Shown here: piece by piece, positions 1 through 9,460 of the stretch
How the letters are laid out: every line of letters begins with the position of its first letter
How positions within the stretch are numbered: position 1 is the first letter of the stretch
Source: an uncultured Spirochaetota bacterium
GTDB taxonomy: Bacteria > Spirochaetota > Spirochaetia > SZUA-6 > Fen-1364
Direction: 5' to 3'
NCBI GenBank assembly: GCA_963781885.1
Contig: CAWAHW010000001.1
Coordinates: 352,001-416,000 of the forward strand
Length of the DNA: 64,000 nt
Notes under the pieces: model-generated
What the model was told of the DNA's origin: nothing
The model's input: only the letters and a program-made list of their open reading frames with translations
The model's database searches: none
Made by a program: the position numbers and the translations under genes

Positions 1-21
1 CGCTTTCCCGGGTGAGGTGAC

Positions 22-1509
22 ATGACTCCTCCCTATCTCCTGGCAGTCGATCAGGGGACAAGCAGCACCAAGACCATCATCTTCGACAGGCAGGGCGACA
101 TCGTCGCCGCCGCGGCCCGCGACCTGCCGATCGAGTACCCCCGCACCGGGTTCGTCGAACAGGACCCCGGCGAGATCCACCGCAGCGTCGTCGAATCCGT
201 CGCGGCGTGCGCCGCGCAGTTTCGGGATCGCGGCGGATCGCTCGCCGATCTTGCGGCCTGCGGCATCTCCAATCAGAGAGAGACATTCCTCCTGTGGGAC
301 CGTGGCGGGCGTCCCCTGTGCAAGGCAATCAGCTGGCAGTGCGAAAGATCGGTCGCCGTCTGCGAGCGCCTGCGCGCGGACGGACAGTCCGGGGAGATCG
401 CCGCGCGCACCGGTCTGATGATCACTCCCTACTTCTCCGGCACCAAGCTCCTGTGGCTCCTTGAGAACGATCCCGGCATCCGGCGTGCCGTGCAGGCGGG
501 AGAGGCGTTTTTCGGCACGGTCGACACCTGGCTTCTTCACCGTCTCACCCGGGGACAATGCTACGCGACGGACCACACGAACGCGTCGCGGACCCTGCTG
601 TTCAATATCGACACCCTCGCGTGGGACACGGAGCTGCTGTCCCGCTGGGGGCTGTCGGGGCTGCGGCTCCCCGCCGTGCATCCATCCGTACACCCGTTCG
701 GAGAATCCGACTTTGACGGCGCTCTTTCACGCACCCTGCCGATCGCGGCGATGATCGGTGATTCCCATGCCGCGGCATTCGGTGAAGGCTGCACCCGGCC
801 GGGAATGGCGAAGGTGACGATCGGCACGGGCTCGTCGGTGCTCGTCAACGTGGGGGCAAAGCGGCGCGCGGCCGGAGGCGGCATCGTTTCGACCGTCTGC
901 TACAGCCTCCCGCAGGGCGTGCAGTATGCGCTGGAGGGGATCATCGTGAGCTGCGCCGCGACCATCGCGTGGATGCGCGACCAGCTTGGGCTTTTCAGCG
1001 ACAGCGGGGAAACGGAGGCAATGGCGCGGGAAGCGCGGGACAGCCGGGGGGTGTACGTCATTCCCGCGTTCAGCGGTCTTGGCTCGCCTCATTGGAAGAT
1101 GAATCTGAAGGCATCGATTCAAGGGCTCACGTTCGCCAGCGGCAAAAATCAGGTCGTGCGCGCGGCTCTCGAATCGATCCCGTACCAGATCGCCGACGTC
1201 ATGGAAGCCATCGCGGCCTCGAGCGGAAGCGATCCGGCCGAGCTGCGGGTCGATGGCGGCATGACCGCAAACAGCTTCGTCATGCAGCTTCTGGCCGACC
1301 TTGTTGCGGCGCCGGTCGTCACGATCGGGACCGCGAACGTTTCCGCGCTCGGCGCGGCGGCGCTTGCGGGTCTCGGAGCGGGGGTATACGGCGGCATCGA
1401 CGATCTTGTCGGTCTCGCGCAGGAAAAGCGGAGATTCGGTGCCGGCCCGGATGCCGCGCGGGCGCAGCAGGGCTACGAGGGATGGAGGAAGCTGCTCCGG
1501 AATCTCTGA
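22..1509 (+). CDS. FGGY-family carbohydrate kinase (glycerol kinase-like)
   Basis: DQGTSS, NQRET, PYFSGTK, TDHTNASRT, GTG and VDGG motifs; GDSH in place of the GlpK GDQ; GAGGTG RBS upstream. Confidence 0.85.
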   Translation: MTPPYLLAVDQGTSSTKTIIFDRQGDIVAAAARDLPIEYPRTGFVEQDPGEIHRSVVESVAACAAQFRDRGGSLADLAACGISNQRETFLLWDRGGRPLCKAISWQCERSVAVCERLRADGQSGEIAARTGLMITPYFSGTKLLWLLENDPGIRRAVQAGEAFFGTVDTWLLHRLTRGQCYATDHTNASRTLLFNIDTLAWDTELLSRWGLSGLRLPAVHPSVHPFGESDFDGALSRTLPIAAMIGDSHAAAFGEGCTRPGMAKVTIGTGSSVLVNVGAKRRAAGGGIVSTVCYSLPQGVQYALEGIIVSCAATIAWMRDQLGLFSDSGETEAMAREARDSRGVYVIPAFSGLGSPHWKMNLKASIQGLTFASGKNQVVRAALESIPYQIADVMEAIAASSGSDPAELRVDGGMTANSFVMQLLADLVAAPVVTIGTANVSALGAAALAGLGAGVYGGIDDLVGLAQEKRRFGAGPDAARAQQGYEGWRKLLRNL

Positions 1510-1528
1510 GGTCCGTGGCACGTCAGCA

Positions 1529-2974
1529 TCAGCCGGGGGCGAAGCTCATCTCCATGCGATCGAAATCGATCGTCCAGGCATATTCCTTGAGAATGCGGTG
1601 GCTGACGATGCCGTCGATGATGAAGCTCGCATCGGCAAAGGATGTGTCGGGGAAGACCCCATACACGCCCGTTGCATGCTGAATTTCCAGGCCTCCAAGG
1701 GCGAGTCGATCCACGGTGAAGTGCCCGATGCGCGCGCGTGATATGCCCGCTCCGCCGATTCCTTCGATCTGCACCATGGTTGGTTTCGGTATCCCGGCGT
1801 AACGGAGGGTGCGGATCGTGGCGGCAAAACCCGCGGAGGCATCGGCGAGACCGGAATCGAGGAAGAAGAGAAGACCTTCCCTTGCATTGAGGGAGCCACG
1901 GACGAGCATCAGGTGGGTTTCCGAGAGATAGAAGGGAACGCGACAGGCAGGCGCGTGACCGGGCTCATCGGGCAGGGGGGTGGATCGATCGACCGTCCGC
2001 GGGCGAAGCACCAAACGGCCATTCGGATAGTCCATCGTGGAAAGGAACTTCTGAAGGACATTTGTCCCGATGATGCCATCGATCTCGTACCTCCCGCCGG
2101 TGAGGCTCGTCGACATGAGCTTCGTCGGCAGCAGCCAGATCGGCACGGTGCGGAGCGTCACGCCCCCCATCTGCACGGAATCCGCTTTCGCGTAGGCGTA
2201 TCCACCGCGCTTCCCGAATGCGAATCCCGCGGAGCTGGTCTCGACCAGCGGCGTGATTCCCATGGATGCCGCGATCTCGGGATCGATGATGAGCGAAGCG
2301 CCGCCGGTATCGATGAGCGCGTCAATCGTCCTTCCGTTCACCGTGATCTCCACGATCGGCAGCGGGTCGGTCATCAGGAACGGAACGATCGCCTCGCGCG
2401 CGTCGTTCCAGTCGATCCGATTCGGCCTGTTCGTTCCGAAGGCCCGCATCATGTCGTTGAGCGGTCTCACCGATTCTTCCCATCCCGCGGGGAGGGCCAA
2501 TCTCTGCGGCAGCGCGGGGCGCGCGGCGTAGTCGTCGGTTTGGTACGCGGCGAATGTCAGGATGGACAGGGCCTCCGCGCGCGTGGGCGCGTCCGCGTCG
2601 CGACGGCCGGCGACCGTGCGCGCGAAGTCCGCCGCCTCGCGGAAGCTGCCCCTCATGTACGCGAGCTTCGATGCAAGCGACAGCGCACCGGTTCCGGCAG
2701 GCGCATCCGCGAGCGCAGGGGCGAGAATGTTCTCCGCTTCTGGGAAATTTCCGGTCTTGAAAAGCTGGAGCGCATAAGAGAGCCGCGCCCGGGCGTCGCC
2801 CGGGCGCGCGGCGAAGCTCTTTTCCGCGGCAATTCTCTTCGACTCGTATCGCCCCCGATCGTCTTGGGTGAAAAGACCGTAACCCCCGGTGGCACATCCG
2901 GCGATCGTCACCAGGATGAGCGCGGCCGCGGCGAAGACACAGATCTTGATGACTGAAGGGAATTGGTGCTCCAT
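1529..2974 (-). CDS. Lipoprotein with TPR-like N-terminus and two retropepsin-like aspartyl protease domains
   Basis: Start re-called at MEHQ (2974, AGGAGG RBS); hydrophobic signal ending IAGC; LIDTG...IDGIIG and FLDSG...IDGIVS motifs. Confidence 0.75.
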   Translation of the reverse strand: MEHQFPSVIKICVFAAAALILVTIAGCATGGYGLFTQDDRGRYESKRIAAEKSFAARPGDARARLSYALQLFKTGNFPEAENILAPALADAPAGTGALSLASKLAYMRGSFREAADFARTVAGRRDADAPTRAEALSILTFAAYQTDDYAARPALPQRLALPAGWEESVRPLNDMMRAFGTNRPNRIDWNDAREAIVPFLMTDPLPIVEITVNGRTIDALIDTGGASLIIDPEIAASMGITPLVETSSAGFAFGKRGGYAYAKADSVQMGGVTLRTVPIWLLPTKLMSTSLTGGRYEIDGIIGTNVLQKFLSTMDYPNGRLVLRPRTVDRSTPLPDEPGHAPACRVPFYLSETHLMLVRGSLNAREGLLFFLDSGLADASAGFAATIRTLRYAGIPKPTMVQIEGIGGAGISRARIGHFTVDRLALGGLEIQHATGVYGVFPDTSFADASFIIDGIVSHRILKEYAWTIDFDRMEMSFAPG

Positions 2975-2987
2975 GCGAATCCTCCTT

Positions 2988-3578
2988 CTAAAGGTGGACC
3001 TTTTTTCCGTGCGGAATCCCTTTTGCGGAGACTTCGGGATACAGGGCCGCGGCGAGGCTGAAGGCCTTTTCTCCGTTGGAATCCGACGCCTGGAACTCCT
3101 CGATGAGCCTGCCCAGCTTCTTCTGGAATTGCGCGATCTTTGACGTCGATATTCGCGCGGTCGCCAGCAAGGCGAGCACCGTGTCGGCCTGGTCATCGGT
3201 GGCAATCCGCATGGCTGTGGAGAGGTTGTCGCGCAGGATCCCCAGCGCCAGGGCGGCCTTGCCCGTGGTGTTCTGGCCTTTGGGCTTCACGTCGAACGCA
3301 TATGCCGCGGCCCGGTAGTACTTTTCCAGGTTTCGACCCGTGTCCCGTTTTTCGACAAGACGGATCAGTCCCGCTTTCTCGAGGGCCTTGAAATGCCGGG
3401 TGAGATTCGCCGGATGCACGCCCAGCAATCGCGCCACTTCGGATTCGGTCTTTTTCGCTTCGGCGAGCAGGGACACGATCGTCATGCGGACGGGATGGAC
3501 ATATGCCTTTATTCCGTTTGGGGAGTCCAGAAGCATCGTCTCCCGCGGCTCTCTTGCGTCCTGAATTTCATTAGTCAT
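2988..3578 (-). CDS. ArsR-type winged-helix transcriptional regulator
   Basis: HPVRMTIVSLL...EVARLLG...LTRHFKALEKAGLI...EKYY. Confidence 0.8.
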   Translation of the reverse strand: MTNEIQDAREPRETMLLDSPNGIKAYVHPVRMTIVSLLAEAKKTESEVARLLGVHPANLTRHFKALEKAGLIRLVEKRDTGRNLEKYYRAAAYAFDVKPKGQNTTGKAALALGILRDNLSTAMRIATDDQADTVLALLATARISTSKIAQFQKKLGRLIEEFQASDSNGEKAFSLAAALYPEVSAKGIPHGKKVHL

Positions 3579-3614
3579 AATGCTAATATTAGCGTAAACG
3601 CTACTTTATGTCAA
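3579..3614 (-). promoter_or_regulatory. sigma70 promoter with overlapping palindromic operator, probably leaderless
   Basis: TTGACA(3614-3609)-17-TAATAT(3591-3586), 7 nt before the ATG; palindromes GCTAATATTAGC (3582-3593) and TAGCGT-AA-ACGCTA (3590-3603). Confidence 0.65.
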
Positions 3615-3667
3615 GAAGATTTGATGTTCTAACTCAATCAGTTTTTGCCTAAATCTGTGCGACTTTG

Positions 3668-3696
3668 TTGACATTCTTCCAGTTGGGGCATAAAAA
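3668..3696 (+). promoter_or_regulatory. sigma70 promoter of the isomerase/DeoR/aldolase/GH5 operon
   Basis: TTGACA-17-TAAAAA in an AT-rich spacer, 8 nt before ATG 3705. Confidence 0.55.
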
Positions 3697-3704
3697 TAGC
3701 TCAT

Positions 3705-5270
3705 ATGTTGCGAACGCCTTTGAGCATGGACACCTGGCGGCGCGTTTCCAGCATCATCGAGGAAACAGAGGTCGTGGATGCGCATACACACATCCAGGAC
3801 GACATCACCGGATTCACGGCCGATATGGGGCAGGCAAATCTCTCGGGCACGCAGGCCTCATTCAATCGACCATCGAAAGAGGTGATCTCTGAAGGCGTGT
3901 CCGCCGGGCGCCTGATGCGCCGCTCGATGCTCGATCCCACGCACGCCCTGTTCTACTCCTGGTTCGCGGAAATCGTCGAGGGGGCGAACAATCGGCTCGA
4001 TGAGGCTATTGCGCTCATCGGCGACAACTCCATCGGTGCGCGCAAGCGGGCCGGCCGTTTTCTGCTTCAAGAGCTCAAGGACAGCCGGTACTCGGAGTAT
4101 GCGGCCTGGATTCGCTACATGTTCCGGCTCTACGACGGCGTCGTCAAGGACCCCCTCGACCCGGCAGGCTTCGACATGGTCTGGGACGCGGTTTCGCGGG
4201 CGCGCCGCGACAGGGGCTTTGCGGAAAGGGTGCTGGCGGACCACAGGGTGAAGGCCTATGTGACGAGCATCGAGAACCGCGACGGAATTCCATTCGATCC
4301 CGCGGTCCGGCCGAAAGACGTGGATCTTTCCTTTTCCACGCATCCCGAGGCCTGGTCCATGTTCGACTTCAACGGGCTCCTCTGGCCCGAGCGCGCGACT
4401 GATTTCGGCCTTTTCACGCGCGGTCACAAGTTCGAGGCAGAGAGATACCTTCTGCACCTGGAAGAGTACTTCGAGACGGACATCGCTTCGGTGGACCGGC
4501 TCAAGGACGCGGTGCATGGCTTCTTCCGCTCCATCCTGCGCAGCCCGGGCGCCAACCCGAAGAGCCGCATCCTCTATGTCGACGGCTTCCAATCGGAATG
4601 GTTTCGCTTCAGCAGACCCTATTCACGGTCCTCGGTCGACTACGCCATCCGCCATCACCGCGGCCAGCTCGACGGCACGCTCCGGGAAGAGGTCATTTCG
4701 TGCGTGGCCGAAGCGATGCTCGAAGCCCTGGACGATATCGGCAGCGAATACCGGAAAGCGGGCGCCCGGTTCGGCTGCTGCCTCCAGCTCTGCGCCGGGG
4801 CGAGGCATTTCATGGACTGGTCGCGCGAGATCCAATCCTTTCCCGTCGCCATTCCCCGTCTTCCGCAAGACGAGTATCCGGTATGGATCAGGTACCCCCA
4901 CGTCCATTTCGAGTACATCTGCGCCAACGGGTCGCTGTACGAGGACATGGCGGGGGCGGCGAAACAGGTGGGCAATGTCTCGGCAGGACCCTGGTGGCAT
5001 TTCTTCCGCCGGCACAAGCTCGGGCAGATGATCTACGACCAGATCAGCATGGGCCCCCTGTCGTCCATCGCGCTGGGATTCACCGATGCGCGCTTCGTGG
5101 AGATGCTTGCCGCGAAGTATCGCTCGCTTCGACTGGCACTCACCGACGCGCTCACGGCACTCGTGGAAGACGAGTCCTCCGCGATGTACGGCGATCTCGA
5201 CGCCGTGCGCGACGTGGCAAAGGAAATGCTCTTGGGCAATCCCTCTGCCGTCCACCACATTCCTCTCTGA
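3705..5270 (+). CDS. Divergent uronate isomerase-like amidohydrolase-fold protein
   Basis: N-terminal DAHTH metal motif; C-terminal GPWWHF and FTDARFVEML resemble the UxaC WWF and (S/T)D(S/A)R motifs. Confidence 0.6.
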   Translation: MLRTPLSMDTWRRVSSIIEETEVVDAHTHIQDDITGFTADMGQANLSGTQASFNRPSKEVISEGVSAGRLMRRSMLDPTHALFYSWFAEIVEGANNRLDEAIALIGDNSIGARKRAGRFLLQELKDSRYSEYAAWIRYMFRLYDGVVKDPLDPAGFDMVWDAVSRARRDRGFAERVLADHRVKAYVTSIENRDGIPFDPAVRPKDVDLSFSTHPEAWSMFDFNGLLWPERATDFGLFTRGHKFEAERYLLHLEEYFETDIASVDRLKDAVHGFFRSILRSPGANPKSRILYVDGFQSEWFRFSRPYSRSSVDYAIRHHRGQLDGTLREEVISCVAEAMLEALDDIGSEYRKAGARFGCCLQLCAGARHFMDWSREIQSFPVAIPRLPQDEYPVWIRYPHVHFEYICANGSLYEDMAGAAKQVGNVSAGPWWHFFRRHKLGQMIYDQISMGPLSSIALGFTDARFVEMLAAKYRSLRLALTDALTALVEDESSAMYGDLDAVRDVAKEMLLGNPSAVHHIPL

Positions 5271-5288
5271 AAGGCGCGGGGCGGCATC

Positions 5289-6056
5289 GTGAAAGACGCC
5301 ATCGACAAGGCCCTCGCCATTCTCACGAAAAAGGGCTACCGAAGCGTTGCCGAGCTGTCCGCGGATCTCGGCGTCTCCGAGATGACCGTGCGCCGCTACC
5401 TCGACAGGCTGGAGGAGCGCAATCTCATCAGGCGGACCTTCGGCGGGGCCTTCGTCGGCCAGGACATGACGGAGGTCGATTACCGCATGCGCAACGCGGT
5501 CTCCCACGCGGAGAAGACGGCGATCGGGCGCGCGGCAAGCGCCCTGATCCAGCCCGGTGAGTCGGTATTCATCGACGCCGGTACGACCGCGGCGCACCTG
5601 GCCGCGGCGATCGATGATTCCAAGAGGATGACGGTCGTCACCAACTCGCTCATTGTCATGCAGACGCTGGAGCGTCGGGCGAACGTCGTCACCATCATCC
5701 TCGGCGGGAGGCTGCACGCCCCGTCCCATTCGCTGATCGGTCCTCTTGCGGAGGAGGCGGTCATGCAGTTCCGTTTTGGCAAGGCCTTTCTCGGGGCGAA
5801 CGGCATCGACGGCTCGGGATTCACCCAGGCGAACATCGACGAGGTGCCGATCAAGAAGCGTGTCGCCGCCAATGCGAAAGAGGTCATCATCCTCGCGGAC
5901 AGCAGGAAGTTCGATTCCGAGAAGCTCGTGCTGTTCCTGAAGACGGACCAGGTCCACACACTCATCACCGATCCCGGGATTCCCGACAGGTACCGGCGGG
6001 AGCTCCAGGAACAAGGGATGAGGATCATCATCGCGAAGGCGGAGGGGGCTGCATGA
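5289..6056 (+). CDS. DeoR/GlpR family transcriptional regulator
   Basis: VSEMTVRR, RTFGGA, FIDAGTT, ADSRKF. Confidence 0.92.
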   Translation: MKDAIDKALAILTKKGYRSVAELSADLGVSEMTVRRYLDRLEERNLIRRTFGGAFVGQDMTEVDYRMRNAVSHAEKTAIGRAASALIQPGESVFIDAGTTAAHLAAAIDDSKRMTVVTNSLIVMQTLERRANVVTIILGGRLHAPSHSLIGPLAEEAVMQFRFGKAFLGANGIDGSGFTQANIDEVPIKKRVAANAKEVIILADSRKFDSEKLVLFLKTDQVHTLITDPGIPDRYRRELQEQGMRIIIAKAEGAA

Positions 6057-6904
6057 GCTTTGTTGCCATGAAGATGCTCGTCGACAGGGCATACCGCGAC
6101 GGATATGCTGTCCCGTCGTTCTGCGCGTGGAACGCCGAGGTCATGGCCGCGGTGCTTCGCGTCGCGGAGCGTCTGCGCGCGCCTGTCATCCTCATGCAGG
6201 GGCCGGGGGAGTTCCCCGTGATGGAACCCGCCCTCATGGCGGCCGTTGCGCGCGCCGTGAAAAGCAGCTTCGACACACCCGCCGCCCTGCATCTCGACCA
6301 CGGCGACACTCTTGCGCTCGTCCAGACATGCCTCCAGAACGACTACACCTCCGTGATGCTCGACTACTCGACACGACCAATGGAGGAGAATGTCGACGCC
6401 CTTCGCGAGGTGGTGCGGCTCTCGCGGCCGCGCGGCGTGACGGTGGAAGGGGAGCTGGGCCACGTCGGCCAGGCGGACGAATCGACAGCGGAGGGCGCGG
6501 GAGCATCGACTTTCACCGATCCCGCGAAGGCGCGCGCGTACGTGGACGCCACTGGCGTGGACGTGCTTGCCGTTTCCATCGGCAACAAGCACGGCTTCTA
6601 CAAGGGAGAGCCGAAGCTCGATTTCGGTCTTCTCACCACGCTCCACGCTGCCACGGGGATTCCCCTTGTCCTGCACGGAGGAACGGGCATCCCCGCGAAG
6701 GACATCGAGAAGGCCGTTGCGCGTGGCATCGCAAAGGTGAACGTCGCAAGCGATCTTGTGCACGGCATGCGCGCCGATCTCATGGCGCAGTGGACGGAAG
6801 GCAGAAACCTCTGGTCTCCCCTTGCCATCGGCGCGGCAATGGAGGGTCTGGAGAAAACGATCGAGAAATGGATCCGGGTCACGGGAGCAGCAGGCAGGGC
6901 TTGA
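6053..6904 (+). CDS. Class II fructose/tagatose-bisphosphate aldolase
   Basis: HLDHG, VEGELG, GNKHG, LVLHGGTG, KVNV; ATGA overlap with deoR. Confidence 0.9.
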   Translation: MSFVAMKMLVDRAYRDGYAVPSFCAWNAEVMAAVLRVAERLRAPVILMQGPGEFPVMEPALMAAVARAVKSSFDTPAALHLDHGDTLALVQTCLQNDYTSVMLDYSTRPMEENVDALREVVRLSRPRGVTVEGELGHVGQADESTAEGAGASTFTDPAKARAYVDATGVDVLAVSIGNKHGFYKGEPKLDFGLLTTLHAATGIPLVLHGGTGIPAKDIEKAVARGIAKVNVASDLVHGMRADLMAQWTEGRNLWSPLAIGAAMEGLEKTIEKWIRVTGAAGRA

Positions 6905-6914
6905 GGAGGTCGTC

Positions 6915-8789
6915 ATGCACATCGATGGTCCGTGGTTCAAGGATGATGAGGGCCGCACGCGCATCCTGCGGGGCGTCAACCTCGGGGGAAACTGCAAGAC
7001 GCCGGCACGGCCGGACGGCGCCACGTGGAAGAAGGACGGGTTCTTCGACTACAAGAACGTCTCCTTCGTGGGCCGCCCCTTTCCCCTTGCCGAGGCCGAC
7101 GAGCACTTCCGACGGTTGAAAGAATGGGGGCTGCGTTTCGAGCGCTTCCTGGTGACCTGGGAGGCTATCGAGCACGAAGGCCCCGGGCTGTACGACGATG
7201 AGTACCTGGACTACGTGCGCGCCGTGCTGGAGAAGGCGGCCGGCTACGGCATCGAGGTATGCATCGATCCCCACCAGGACGTGTGGAGCAGGTGGACCGG
7301 TGGAGACGGCGCGCCGGCGTGGAGCATGGAGCTCGTCGGCATGGACATCCGCCGGATGCACGAGGTGGGCGCCGCCTTTGTTCACAACGTTCACGGCGAC
7401 CCCTACCCGCACATGGTGTGGGACAGCAACAACTACCGTTTCGGCACGTGCACGATGTTCACGCTGTTCTTCGGCGGCAATGACTTCGCCCCGCAACGGA
7501 CCATTGACGGCGAGCCGGTGCAGGAGTACCTGCAGCGGCGTTATATCGATGCCATAAAGAGGCTGGCGGCGAAACTGAAAGGGCTTCCCAATGTCGTGGG
7601 GTACGGCAGCCTCAACGAGCCGCAATGCGGCTACATCGAGTTCGCCGACCTGGTCACGACCCGCGAGTACCGATTCATCGGCGAGGCGGCCTTGAGCCCC
7701 CTGGATGCGATGGCCGCGGCCTGCGGCTATCCGCGCGACGCCTGGCGCTACCAGCTGAAGATCACGGGGTCCAAGCGGCTGAATCGGGTCCGTGTGAACC
7801 CGAATGGCCTCCGGCTGTGGAAGGACGGCTACGACTGCGTGTGGAAGGAGCACGGCGTCTGGAGCGATGAGGGAGGCGTGCCGCGCATCCTCCGGCCTGA
7901 CTACTTCACGCACGTGAAAGGACGGAAAGTCAGCTTTGTCAACGACTACCTGAAACCATTCATCGCGCGATTCGCCCGGGAGATCCGAACCGTGAGCCCC
8001 CGCGCCTTTGTCTTTATCGAAGCAATACCCGGCAAGCAGTTCCCGTCCTTTGCACCGGGAGAGGTGCCGGACCTGGTGAATGCAAGTCACTGGTACGACG
8101 TGCTCATGGTGTACCGGAACAAGTTCAGTCTCTGGTACGGCGCCGATGTCTACAGGGAAAAGCTCGTGATCGGCAAAAAGAGGGTTGCCCGTTCCTTCAT
8201 CGACCAGATACGTCATATCGTGGATTTCAGTCGAGACGACATGTGTGGCGGGCCTACCCTGATAGGGGAGTTCGGGCTCATGTACAAGCTCTATGACGGC
8301 AAGGCCTATCGGACGGGCAACTACACAAAGCACCTCCAGGCCCTGGACGCATACTATCGGGCGCTGGATGCCAATCTCGTGGGTGGCACGATCTGGAATT
8401 ATGCCGCGGACAACCGCAATCTCCATGGCGACAACTGGAACGAAGAGGACAACTCGATTTTCTCCCGCGACCAGCAGGATGACCCGGGCGACATCAATTC
8501 CGGCGGACGGGCCATCGGTGGATTCTGCAGGCCCTATGCGGTGCGGACCGCCGGCACGCCGTTGTCCATGAGCTTTGATTCCAGGAAGAGGATATTCCGC
8601 TACAGCTTCAGACCGGATGAGCGCGTTTCCGCGCCGACGGAGATCTACATGCCACGGTATCAATTCCCGAAGGGATTCAACGTGGATCTTTCGGGGGGAA
8701 GCTTCTCCGTGGATGAGGCAGAGCAGATGCTCATGATCAAGGCCCAATCGCGGGACACGGTGACGGTTGTCGTCACGGCAAAATCATAG
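6915..8789 (+). CDS. Glycoside hydrolase family 5 (endoglycoceramidase/steryl-glucosidase-like) with C-terminal beta domain
   Basis: Start re-called at MHIDG (GAGGAGG RBS); LRGVNL, TWEAIEH, IDPHQDVWSR, GGDGAP, NEP acid/base and GEFG nucleophile. Confidence 0.88.
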   Translation: MHIDGPWFKDDEGRTRILRGVNLGGNCKTPARPDGATWKKDGFFDYKNVSFVGRPFPLAEADEHFRRLKEWGLRFERFLVTWEAIEHEGPGLYDDEYLDYVRAVLEKAAGYGIEVCIDPHQDVWSRWTGGDGAPAWSMELVGMDIRRMHEVGAAFVHNVHGDPYPHMVWDSNNYRFGTCTMFTLFFGGNDFAPQRTIDGEPVQEYLQRRYIDAIKRLAAKLKGLPNVVGYGSLNEPQCGYIEFADLVTTREYRFIGEAALSPLDAMAAACGYPRDAWRYQLKITGSKRLNRVRVNPNGLRLWKDGYDCVWKEHGVWSDEGGVPRILRPDYFTHVKGRKVSFVNDYLKPFIARFAREIRTVSPRAFVFIEAIPGKQFPSFAPGEVPDLVNASHWYDVLMVYRNKFSLWYGADVYREKLVIGKKRVARSFIDQIRHIVDFSRDDMCGGPTLIGEFGLMYKLYDGKAYRTGNYTKHLQALDAYYRALDANLVGGTIWNYAADNRNLHGDNWNEEDNSIFSRDQQDDPGDINSGGRAIGGFCRPYAVRTAGTPLSMSFDSRKRIFRYSFRPDERVSAPTEIYMPRYQFPKGFNVDLSGGSFSVDEAEQMLMIKAQSRDTVTVVVTAKS

Positions 8790-8871
8790 CCCGGGGGAGG
8801 GCCGAACCCGATCTGACGAATCAACTTGACGGCTGCCGGTTCGACCATTAGGCTTTGCAGGGATAGTCCCC

Positions 8872-9372
8872 ATGGCAAAAAAGAAGGGCACAAAAAAAAC
8901 GACAGCCGCATCCGGCGCCCCGCGGCAGGCCGGCCTCCGCGAGGTCACGGTCGGCCGGATGATCAAGATCGCGTATTCGGCCGTCCACAAGGAGCACGAG
9001 GTCTTCGTCCGCGCCGCCGGGATCACCGTCCCTCAATGGCAGGCCCTCATGGCTCTCAGCCGTCGGCAGGGGATCACGACCTCGGAGCTCGTCGAGCAGC
9101 TGGGGGTCGAGGCTCCCACGGTCACCAGTCTCCTCAACGGCATGGAGCGCAAGGGGCTCGTGACGCGCGCGAAGTCGGCGAAGGATGCCCGGGTGCGGAT
9201 GCTCTCCCTCACTCCCCGCGGCAAGCGCCTCATCGACGGGATGCACGAGGCGATGGTCTCCATCGACGCGCGGATCGCGGCCGTCCTCGGCGCGCGTGAC
9301 CGCGCGCAGCTGAAACGCCTCCTGCTGGCGGTGGTCGAGGCCCTGCACGAAGGGAAGAGATTTTCCGTTTGA
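8872..9372 (+). CDS. MarR family regulator
   Basis: ITVPQWQAL...TVTSLLNGMERKGLV...DARVRMLSLTPRG. Confidence 0.9.
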   Translation: MAKKKGTKKTTAASGAPRQAGLREVTVGRMIKIAYSAVHKEHEVFVRAAGITVPQWQALMALSRRQGITTSELVEQLGVEAPTVTSLLNGMERKGLVTRAKSAKDARVRMLSLTPRGKRLIDGMHEAMVSIDARIAAVLGARDRAQLKRLLLAVVEALHEGKRFSV

Positions 9373-9460
9373 CTTTTAGTTTGAACTCTAAGTAAATTGA
9401 CGGGGTTCCGGACCTTGCTTAGGACACTAGGTGAGTTTCCGGGGAAATGGAGAACCCCGC

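Noticed and set aside
6879-8747. Long antisense ORFs (also 39394-41175, 21187-22749, 37756-39267)
   Set aside because: Shadow ORFs opposite well-supported genes, expected from high-GC codon bias.
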